The position numbers and the translations under genes were made by a program. Under the pieces are notes generated by a model. The model did not search any database. It worked only from the letters and a program-made list of their open reading frames with translations, and was not told where the DNA came from. From Eledone cirrhosa (Eukaryota), in assembly GCA_964016885.1 (NCBI GenBank), contig OZ024741.1, forward strand, positions 322,710,001 through 322,774,000: a stretch of DNA of 64,000 nucleotides. The letters are read 5' to 3'. Shown here piece by piece: positions 53,394 through 64,000 of this stretch; position 1 is the stretch's first letter, and every line of letters starts with the position of its first letter.

Positions 53394-53746
53394 CAGAGGT
53401 TCTCAAACGTTTTAGGCCATTTTCCCCCTCACGGCCACGTAACACCCTCAACACCCCTAACCCTGTTCTCAGAGAGACCTGCCTACACGCAAATTGTACA
53501 TGATATATAATAAATTAAATCGTTAATTTATATATAATAAATAATGTATTATATTCTATGTATGAATAAATATTATATATTTTTTATTTTACTATATTTA
53601 TATATTTATATATAATATGTATCATTTAATATTTAATATACTATTATATCATCTCTACCACCCTCACCACCCCTTAGGCCCCAACGCTCTCCTGGACCTT
53701 CTCAACGTCCCCTGGGAGATGGTAGCGCCCACTTTGAGAACCTGTG
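53394..53746. mobile_element. Non-autonomous hAT element
   Basis: TIRs CAGAGGTTCTCAAA/TTTGAGAACCTGTG; TSD CTCTATAG/CTCTATAC. Confidence 0.82.
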
Positions 53747-54050
53747 CTCTATACCGACGTTTAAATTGAATAAATAAATAGATATATCGACAAGTGATAT
53801 TTATCTCCATCAACGCTTGACAAGAAATTATACTCTACTGTTCTTTTAATAGTTTAAGGGTTTCAGTCATTAGATTGCGGCCATACAGGAGCACCGCCAT
53901 AAAGCGGATCATATCAACTCCAGTATATATTTTTTCTAGTATAGTGCATTTTTATCGATCACCTTTTTTTAACCGCTAAGTAGCGGGTCCTAAACACTCC
54001 CACCCCACCCAACACAAAGACACACACACACATGCAAATGCATGTATATA

Positions 54051-54859
54051 CAGGGTGTCCCCCAAAAATGTATACACAAAAAATCTTTAAAAGATGCATT
54101 AAAATAAATTCTGTTTTATATGCATTATTTAAGTAGGGCGGTGGATTGGCAGTATCGGTAGAGGGTCGGACGCCATGCTTTCCAGCATAGTTACGTCCCT
54201 TTACGATCTGAGTTCAAATCCCGCCGAGGTTGACTTTGCCTTTCATCCTTACGGGGTCGATAAAATAAAGTACCAGTAATGCACTGGGTAATTGCTGGCC
54301 TTGTGCCTAAAGTAGAAACAATTATTTAAATTATGGTGGATTGGCAGTATTGGTAGAGCGTCGGACGCCATGCTTTGACGCATAGCTACGGCCCTTACCA
54401 TTCTGAGTTCAAATCCCGCCGAGGTTAACTTTGCCTTTCATCCTTACGGGGTCGATAAAATAAAGTACCAGTAATACACTGGGTAATTGCTGGCCTTGTG
54501 CCAAAAGTAGAAACAATTATTTAAATTATGCAAGGCGAGGTGGATTGGCAGTATCGGTGGAGGGTCGTACGCCATGCTTTGCAGCATAGAGTTACGGCCC
54601 TTACGTTCTGATTTCAAATCCCGCCGAGATTAACTTTGTTTTTTATCATTACAGTGTCGATAAAATAAAGTACCAGTATTACACTGGGGTAATTGCTGGC
54701 CTTGTGCCAAAAATAGAAACAATTATGTAAATACTTTTGGGTGTTTACATACAATTGAATTATGTCTGGTCATTTTATTTTTGGGAAAAGCTGTGCATTC
54801 TAATAAATATCGCCTGTACAGGTAATCAAAGTGTGTATACATCTTTTGGGAACACCCTG
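54051..54859. mobile_element. Tc1/mariner MITE containing three tandem SINEs (54136-54725)
   Basis: TIRs CAGGGTGTCCCCCAAAAATGTATACAC/GTGTATACATCTTTTGGGAACACCCTG; TA flanks. Confidence 0.88.
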
Positions 54860-55119
54860 TATATATAAACAACAGGCTCTTCACAAATTCTGATCACACA
54901 GCAATGCCAGCGTCAGCAAAACACACACAAAAAAAAAAGAAAAAGAAAAACGAACTACAAAATATGAAGATGACATGATTAGGTGCAGACGTGGTCATAC
55001 AGTTAAGAAATCAGCTTTTTTTTTTTGCAACCACGCATCGCCGGGTTCATTCCTACCTGATACCCTACAGAAACTGTAAATACCGTGCATATGCTCGTGG
55101 GTATGTAAGCTGTAATGGA

Positions 55120-55530
55120 CTTTACTCTATTGTAATGTGCCGTATGATACTGTACTATTCAGCACTGTATTATATTGTGATATACAGCATTGTACTGTAC
55201 CGTAGTATAATTTTCTATATTGTTGTATACTGCAATATACTGTACTGTGGTGTATTTTACCGTGTTTTACTGCATTGTACTGTAATGTATTGTACTATAC
55301 TGTACTGTGCTATACTGTATTATACTGTACTGCAATATAGTTTACTCTGATGTACTATACTATATAATATACTGTAATACACTTTACAATACTGTATTGC
55401 ACTGTACAGTATTGCACTGTGCTGTAATATACGGTACCGTATTGTATCATATTGTATTGTAACATTCTATATTGTACTGAGTATTTATTTAATATCATGT
55501 AATACATTCTACTGTAATACATTATCACAT
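55120..55530. repeat. Degenerate (TACTG/TATTG)n pentamer repeat
   Basis: Direct. Confidence 0.85.
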
Positions 55531-56561
55531 ATTATGGTGTGTAGGTGTCAGAATAAAATGGTCGATATCTGAAGCTGGCTTAACTGATTTCTAACACAAA
55601 AAGAAACGTGTGTATATGTGTGTGTCGGCGTGTGTGGGCGAAACTATGTGAGAGTATTATTCAGACGGTTCTTGTCTCATGTCAGTACTGCTGTTGCTGT
55701 TGCTGTTGCTGTTCTTCTTCTTCTTCTTCTTCTTCTTCTTCTTCTTCTTCTTCTTCTTCTTCTTCTTCTTCTTCTTCTTCTTCTTCTTCTTCTTCTTCTT
55801 CTTCTTCTTCTTCTTCTAGGCTTTTGATTTTCGATTTTCTTTCCCCACCCTCTCTCTCTTTCTGTGTCTCTATGTTTTTCCCTCTCTCTCTCTTTCTCCC
55901 TTCAGGGAGTTTCATATGACAATCCGTTGTCATAGACAAGTTTGTATAGATCACTTATTAATTACAGAGGTAGCTGTAGCAGCTGTAGCAGCAGTAGCAG
56001 CAGACATGACATTAACAGCCATGACAGCAGCTCTAGCAACAAAGAATATGTGTTCTGCTTCAAAATCATAAGGTCCCGTGTTCGATCCTACTAAACGGAA
56101 TCTTAGAGACTTTTACTATAGACTCGCCTCAACCCTAATATCCCAAGCGAAATTGGGTAGACGGAAACTGTTTGGAAGCCCGTCGGAAGGACTGTGCCTG
56201 TAATTCAAAGGGTTAGCCATATCATATATTCTGTCACGTTGATTCAACTTGGGAATTATGTTAAGGACCAGGTGAGACGTTTTTACTCTTTTACTTGTTC
56301 CCTCCGACTGACTGAGGTAATGCTTCGACGCCGCCATTGTCTGTAGAATACTCAGTCAACTACACGTTAATTCAGTTAATCGAAGAACTGACAGGTCATC
56401 ATATTTGAAATCGACGACGGTTACATCATCCTCACCACGTGATGAGGTTTCGAGACCGAGTATTATATTAATGGCAATAAGGAAACAAGAAAGAAAGAGA
56501 AAGAAGAGAAGAAAAGAAAAAGAAAAAAGAAATTAATGATCAAAAGAAAGGGAGGGGAGAG

Positions 56562-57433
<872 letters not shown>

Positions 57434-57503
57434 GATAGGTTTCAGTTTTGAGTGGAGTGTGAAGAATGAGAAGAATGAGAATGGAGTGTGAAGAATGTGA
57501 AGA

Positions 57504-59576
57504 ATGAGAAGGTTCATATATAAAGAACTCAGGAAGAATTATAGAAAAACAAACAATGCGTCACTTACCAACATCAACAACAAAACACACAACATAGTGA
57601 ATAGACTTAATATTGAAGATAGAGCCGAACCTTTGGCACTGAAAAGACCACATTTCAACCTGAAAGATCATAAATCTAACTTTAACTCTAATCCTTCTAT
57701 AAGGCTTATATGCCCTTCCAAATCTGATATTGGAATCATTAGTAAAAAAATTTTAGATAGAGTCATCCCACAACTAAGAAAACATGTTAATTTACCACTC
57801 TGGGAAAACACATCCCAGGTAATTAACTGGTTTAATAATATTAGAAATAGATCCTCTGCTTCATTTCTACAATTTGATATAGATAATTATTATTCTTCTA
57901 TATCACCCATACTCCTGAATAAAGCCTTGATATTTGCTAAAAATAGATCTAACTTAACTTTGGATGACATTAACAGTATTACACATGCCAGACTAACACT
58001 ATTGAAATTCCAAAATGAATACTGGACCAGAAACACATATAGTAATCTATTCGATATTACTATGGGCTCAAGTGATTCTGCTCAAATTACTGATCTTGTG
58101 GGCCTCTTTCTTCTTTTCAACATAAATGCTTCCTTTTCCCACCTTAAAGGTGGTTTATATCGTGACGACTGTCTTCTTCTTTCCAATAACCTTAGCCTTT
58201 CAGAGATAGAAAAAAATAAAAAGCTTATTAGAACTTTCCTTAAAGACTATTATAGTCTAGATATTACATTTGAAAACACAAGTAAAGTAGTTAATTTCCT
58301 TGATATAACATTAGACTTATCTACGGGTATCTACCAACCTTACCATAAACCTAACCAAAATTTACACTACATACACTCACAATCTAATCACCCTAAATCT
58401 ATCCTTAAAAACCTTGCATATAATATATCACTTAGAATTTCTAACCTTTCGTCTAACCAGGATGTATTTGATAAAAATGCGACCTTTTATAACGAAGCTC
58501 TAGCTAGAAGTGGCCACAAAAATAAATTAGTATATATACCTTGTACCAATAACACTACAAACACACAACCTAATATTACCAACAAACACCAAATGAAACA
58601 TACACACCTAAATGCCACTCACACTATACCCCAAAATACCAACATAAAACCAAATTTCTCTAACTCTTCTAATATACAATATAGTAACTCTCAAAAAACC
58701 ACTCATCCTACAACTCTAGTAAATGGTAATAATAAAACTCCTAATAAACAAGCTAAAACACCTAAATCAATAAATCTAACTAAAAATGTGTGTGGTGAAG
58801 TCATTAACAATAATTCTCTTAATAAACATCAGGATACATCCTATAAAAACAATAAACAACATCGAAACCGTAATAGACGAGTTACTTGGTATAACGCTCC
58901 ATTTAATTTACAAATTAAGGATAATATACCTAAAAAATTCTTTAATATCCTAGAGAAGAACTTCCCGCCAAACCACAAATACCATCAAATTTTAAATAGA
59001 TCAACGGTTAAATTCTCCTACTCAACAACCAAAAACATAAAACAAAATATAAGTGCCTACAATGCATATAAATGTAAAAAACCCAGTAGTATACCACCAG
59101 TACATCAAACTAACCATAATATCTCCTCGGATACAGGATTCACGAAAAGTTGTAACTGTAGAAACAAGGCAAACTGTCCATTAAAAGGAAATTGCCTTGT
59201 TAATAACACAGTATATAAATGTAAAGTTAACACTAAAGACTCAATTTATTCATATATAGGAGCTACCTCTAACAAATTTAAGGTAAAATTTAATATCCAC
59301 AAACATAGTTTTAAAAATGCCGCACGAGTTAATACAACATCTCTAGCTGAAATAATTAATAATTATAGAAAGAGGAATATAGATTATGACCTGACCTGGA
59401 GTGTGCTCAAAAGGGCCCCCCCTTATCAAAATAATAGATATGAATGTAGATTATGTTCCCAAGAACTTTTTGAAATAATGAAATCTAAGGATATCCTATT
59501 AAATAAGCGACAGGAATTAATAATATCGTGTAATCACAAACTGAGAAAAACCTTTAAATATTATAAACCTAATTAA
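57504..59576 (+). CDS. PLE reverse transcriptase plus GIY-YIG endonuclease (Naiad type), N-terminally truncated but open
   Basis: LKDHK, RLICPSKS, FDIDNYY, FDITMGS, LYRDD, FLDITL, SNHP, WYNAPF, CNCRNKANCPLKGNC, VYKC..YIG, CRLCSQE, LLNKRQELIISCNH. Confidence 0.92.
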   Translation: MRRFIYKELRKNYRKTNNASLTNINNKTHNIVNRLNIEDRAEPLALKRPHFNLKDHKSNFNSNPSIRLICPSKSDIGIISKKILDRVIPQLRKHVNLPLWENTSQVINWFNNIRNRSSASFLQFDIDNYYSSISPILLNKALIFAKNRSNLTLDDINSITHARLTLLKFQNEYWTRNTYSNLFDITMGSSDSAQITDLVGLFLLFNINASFSHLKGGLYRDDCLLLSNNLSLSEIEKNKKLIRTFLKDYYSLDITFENTSKVVNFLDITLDLSTGIYQPYHKPNQNLHYIHSQSNHPKSILKNLAYNISLRISNLSSNQDVFDKNATFYNEALARSGHKNKLVYIPCTNNTTNTQPNITNKHQMKHTHLNATHTIPQNTNIKPNFSNSSNIQYSNSQKTTHPTTLVNGNNKTPNKQAKTPKSINLTKNVCGEVINNNSLNKHQDTSYKNNKQHRNRNRRVTWYNAPFNLQIKDNIPKKFFNILEKNFPPNHKYHQILNRSTVKFSYSTTKNIKQNISAYNAYKCKKPSSIPPVHQTNHNISSDTGFTKSCNCRNKANCPLKGNCLVNNTVYKCKVNTKDSIYSYIGATSNKFKVKFNIHKHSFKNAARVNTTSLAEIINNYRKRNIDYDLTWSVLKRAPPYQNNRYECRLCSQELFEIMKSKDILLNKRQELIISCNHKLRKTFKYYKPN

Positions 59577-59854
59577 TATACATCTTAGAAATTAATATAT
59601 AAACTGGTTTTAATTTAGTTAACCTAGAAATTAATATTCTACTACTGATGAACTACATAATTTTACTTTCCTTCTTACAACTATCATTTCCTAAAACTGA
59701 TACCATTAAGTAAACATATATAATGCTTTAATTTCAGGTTATGACTCTATGTTCCTTGAAATCTCTATATATTTATTATAAATGTAACCCCCCCCCCAAT
59801 AATTATATGTATGTGTATGCATGTATGTGTGTATATATATGTGTATATATGTGA

Positions 59855-59916
<62 letters not shown>

Positions 59917-59929
59917 ATGTGTGTGTATA

Positions 59930-59990
<61 letters not shown>

Positions 59991-60685
59991 TTTATATTCT
60001 TTTAATTTCCCCTCATCTTTAACAGCACTCTTCAACTACATCTAACTCTTATTTATCATATCTATATGCATTAGTATAATTTTATCAATATAAATATACC
60101 CATCAATTAAATTAATTTATATTCTTTTCATGTATGTATTTTTTTCACTATCACTCTTATCGTGAAATTTTAGTCTCCTTAGGTATTTGCATTGGCATTA
60201 CTATTTTATAACAACTGTTCGTATATCTTTTACTGACCTGACCTATTTTCACCCCTAAAATAACCTTCTCATTCTTCACACTCCACTCAAAACTGAAACC
60301 TATCCCTAAAATAAACTTTAATTACTACTATTTTACCATTTGGCCAATTATTAACTTTCTATTGGTTAATTCTAAACCTGTTACCAAACAGACAAACTAT
60401 ATCAAATCTTTGTTGGTTTTATTTAGTGAACAAATATAATCATTTCTGAGGTCAGCATACGACCTATTTTCATCCCTAAAATAATCTTTCATTCATAATA
60501 TTCTTTTCCATCCAAAACTGAAATCTACCTTCCTCTACCCATAAATTAAGGTTTTTTACTACTAGATTGCTATCTTGACCTTCACTATCCTTCTATTGGT
60601 CAATTCAAAACCTGTTCCCAAACAGACCTATTGTATTAAATCTTTGTTTTTTTTCAATAAACAAATATCATTATTTCTGAAGACA

Positions 60686-60872
60686 GCGGTGGATTGGCAG
60701 TATCGGTAGAGGGTCGGACGCCATGCTTTCCAGCATAGTTACGTCCCTTTACCATCTGAGTTCAAATCCCGCCGAGGTTGACTTTGCCTTTCATCCTTAC
60801 GGGGTCGATAAAATAAAGTACCAGTAATGCACTGGTAATTGCTGGCCTTGTGCCTAAAGTAGAAACAATTAT
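60686..60872 (+). mobile_element. ATT-tailed SINE inserted into the Naiad hammerhead, 18-bp TSD
   Basis: ATTATTTCTGAAGACAGC at 60670-60687 and 60868-60885. Confidence 0.93.
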
Positions 60873-61007
60873 TTCTGAAGACAGCATATATATGTGTAGG
60901 TATGTATATTCCCTCTGATAGTTTGTATAAATATTTTACATAGATCTATAGAATATGCATACCAACACTAACACACATATATATCCTAGAAACGATCGTA
61001 AAATGAT
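60868..61007 (+). ncRNA. Hammerhead with ~107-nt hairpin stem II
   Basis: ATTATTT-CTGAAGA-(ATATATATGTGT/ACACATATATAT; GGTATGTATATTC/GAATATGCATACC)-GAA-ACGATCGT-A-AAATGAT. Confidence 0.75.
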
Positions 61008-61197
61008 GAATTTTTTTAATATAAGGAACTGTTTCTTTGTTTATTCATTACTTTATTAATTTATCTTGACTCTGTTTTCCGTTAATTTTCACCGAAAATA
61101 GTTTTTGAATGCATCTTCTCTTTTCATGATATCCGGATTACATTGAGTTCTTCATACGGATTGGACACTACCGTAAATCTTTGGTAGATTTATCTAC

Positions 61198-61238
<41 letters not shown>

Positions 61239-61247
<9 letters not shown>

Positions 61248-62384
61248 AGGAATAACCAAAGAGTGCTTAGAAACACATTGTTTTATTTGCTAACAGTGTT
61301 TCATCCATACCCTAGGGCAGGAATCATCAGACCCTATAAACAAAAGTATATCAAAGGTTGCAGGCTCCATCGAGCCTAGTCACCAGAACAATACATGATA
61401 CATATAATTATACATATAATGATACATATAATGTCACAAAAAATTACATCATAAAAAATTACGTCAAAAGTTTATCACATAAATGGTGCAATAGATCTTA
61501 AGGAGGTTGAGAGAGGAGAGCAAGAAATGAATGAGGGTGTCACGCAGCATGATCAAAAAGCAAACCAAGCATAGATACATCAATTCATAAGCAGTGCAAG
61601 TACATGATTTACAGGCAGAGTATGAAAGCTTGTAAGCAGGAGTCAGTAAACAGAAAAGTTGGTTAGCTGTGGTGCAGCTTTACAGGCAGGATTGTTTATA
61701 GGAAAAATAGAGCACTCCAGTAGAATCGCCTTGTAACAGGTTGATTTCTCCATATCCGGCCACGACCCTCTATCCATTGGTTCTAGTTTGCGTGTATTTG
61801 GAAACCTAGTATATGTCGCCTAATACACGCAAACTAGAACCAATGGATAGAGGGTCGTGGCCGGATATGGAGAAATCAACCTGTTACAAGGCGATTCTAC
61901 TGGAGTGCTCTATTTTTCCTATAAACAATCCTGCCTGTAAAGCTGCACCACAGCTAACCAACTTTTCTGTTTACTGACTCCTGCTTACAAGCTTTCATAC
62001 TCTGCCTGTAAATCATGTACTTGCACTGCTTATGAATTGATGTATCTATGCTTGGTTTGCTTTTTGATCATGCTGCGTGACACCCTCATTCATTTCTTGC
62101 TCTCCTCTCTCAACCTCCTTAAGATCTATTGCCCATTTATGTGGTAAACTTTTGACGTAATTTTTTAAGATGTAATTTTTGTGACATTATATGTATCATG
62201 TATTGTGTGCCCCCCTACTTGTCCTTCTTCCTTGTTCTGGTGACTAGGCTCGATGGAGCCTGCAACATTTGATAAACTTTTGTTTATAGGCTCTGATGAT
62301 TCCTGCCATAGTGTATGGATGAAACACTGTTAGCAAATAAAACAATGTATTTCTAAGCACTCTTTGATTATTCCTAAAATTATA
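61239..62384. repeat. 1.15-kb fold-back with ~560-bp arms, a 23-bp spacer and a hammerhead near each outer end
   Basis: Arms 61239-61798 and 61822-62384. Confidence 0.95.
62281..62339 (+). ncRNA. Type-I hammerhead fold; twin on the minus strand at ~61283-61341
   Basis: GCT-CTGATGA-T-TCC..GGA-T-GAA-ACACTGT-T-AGC. Confidence 0.65.
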
Positions 62385-63269
62385 ACGGCTCTGTATCATA
62401 CTAGTTATCCTACATTGAGCTAAAACCACACTGTCATACCAAGGACAATATATCTGTGTGTCTGTGCACATTAGTATAATTGTCAACCAAACTATATATA
62501 TATATATATATATTTGCGTGTGTTCTTCTAGTTAATTCAAAGATACATAATTTTTTTTTCTTTGATAAATGGATAACTATTTTAATATATAATTTGAAAT
62601 AGTTGTTTCTCTTCATCGTATATTTTATAATGATTTCTAATTTAGGCACAAATCCAACAATGTTGGGTTGGTGGAAACCGATTAACGCGATCTTAAATGG
62701 TACTTTAATTTATCGACCCATAAAGGATGAAACATAAAGTTAATCTCGACTGGTTTTAAACTCTGAATGAAGAGGCTCGTAATTAAATTCGGCCAATCAT
62801 TTTGTCCAACACTTTAGCGGTACTGCCAATCCAGTGAAACTGCGTGGCTTAGTGTTCGACTCACGATCGTAGAGTCATGAGATCTATCCGCTGTGTAAGT
62901 TTGTATGTTTTATGTTTACAAACTTTATCATGTGACTTTAACAACTCATTGGTGTTTTTCTGCTCTCCCAAACTTCTCATTACTAGAAGCAGTTTCTATT
63001 TGGATTGGCCGTATTGGTAGAGTATCGGACATGTTTTAAGGTATATAGTTACGTTCTGAGTTCACGTCCCTCCTGGGTTAGCTTTACCTTTCATCTTTAC
63101 GGGGTCGAACTCACGACTTACGATTGTGGACTGAACATTTTAACCACTAAAACAATGTGCTTTCACTTTGTTTCAATAATCTCTCCGGCAAACACGAATA
63201 GTTCTGTGTATAATTTATTGGAACTGTTTGTTTGTCTGTTTGTTTGCCATTTAATCATGGTTTAGCGCC

Positions 63270-63325
<56 letters not shown>

Positions 63326-63350
63326 TTTCATTTATTAGCCACAAGGGGAC

Positions 63351-63400
<50 letters not shown>

Positions 63401-63431
63401 TAATAATAATAATAATAATAATAATATATTA

Positions 63432-63482
<51 letters not shown>

Positions 63483-63490
63483 TTATTTTA
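63270..63490. repeat. (AAT)n / (ATT)n / (TTTA)n tract holding a ~27-bp Tx1 3'-end insertion
   Basis: GATTTCATTTATTAGCCACAAGGGGAC at 63324-63350 lies between AAT runs. Confidence 0.85.
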
Positions 63491-63834
63491 ATAATTACGT
63501 GATGGTTCGTGGATGTCTGCTGTGCAGTACATCTGCAGGTGATTTTCTCATCTAATACTGGATGTAGTGCAGAAGAGAAAAAATGTAATTGGCCTTGCCG
63601 CAACGCATGGTTTTCACGGCTTGCTTTTCGAATTCCTTATTTGAATGTATCAACAAAGCGTTCTATTTCGCCGTTTGAAGCCGGATGTTGAACAGATGAC
63701 GTCAAACGTTAATTTGATTGTAACATTGTTTAAAATGTACATGACTTAGATTGAGTTCCATTATCTCATGTAATAGTTTGTAGCTGTCCTTTAATGGCGG
63801 AACTTGTGTCGCTGTTGTTTAATTGTAGTGCTTT

Positions 63835-64000
63835 TATACCTTTAGTATTTTACTGGTTTCAGTGAATAAACTGTAGCGGCCATGCTAGGGCATCGTATTG
63901 AAAGAATTTAGTTGATCGCAGCATTTACGTTTATTTATTTATTTTTTAAAGTTTGGTACTTATTTTATCGATTTTATTTTTGCCGAACCACTACGCTACA
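63835..64000 (-). mobile_element. SINE of a third family; related tails at 25830-25893, 35520-35650, 53860-53990 and 56280-56340
   Basis: Recurring TTTTACT..GTTTCAG..GCGGCCATGCT motif. Confidence 0.65.

Larger units (their letters stand above)
57434..61060 (+). mobile_element. Naiad-type Penelope-like element, 5'-truncated with an inverted 5' segment
   Basis: 690-aa ORF, 3' UTR tandem repeat and terminal hammerhead; 57434-57473 is the reverse complement of 60265-60304. Confidence 0.9.

Noticed and set aside
59640-59705. SECIS element or hammerhead after the Naiad ORF
   Set aside because: No pairing stem, no GAAA, and no in-frame UGA in the ORF.

Overview
Gene-poor, AT-rich eukaryotic DNA made almost entirely of transposable elements and microsatellites; no host gene is supported. 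The SINE families resemble octopod cephalopod repeats (recalled, not searched). Bases 1-16.4 kb are a head-to-tail, minus-strand array of five Tx1-type (L1 clade) LINE copies separated only by (AAT)n tracts. The array carries internal deletions, an ORF1-endonuclease fusion and a ~5.4 kb segmental duplication. The rest holds Penelope-like elements (PLEs), including a 690-codon Naiad-type RT+GIY-YIG ORF and two Neptune-type remnants. It also holds many tRNA-derived SINEs ending in ATT, hAT and mariner MITEs, a Helitron 3' end, RTE and R4 fragments, and a 22-bp minisatellite. The main signal outside the ORF track is about 15 type-I hammerhead-ribozyme folds from roughly ten sequence families. Many sit in fold-back units beside (TA)n, and several have very long (~30-115 nt) stem II inserts. 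A second theme is microsatellite targeting: Tx1 lineages flanked by (ATT)n versus (TC)n, and a SINE that shares the Tx1 3' tail and target. All RNA folds were paired by eye and are untested.
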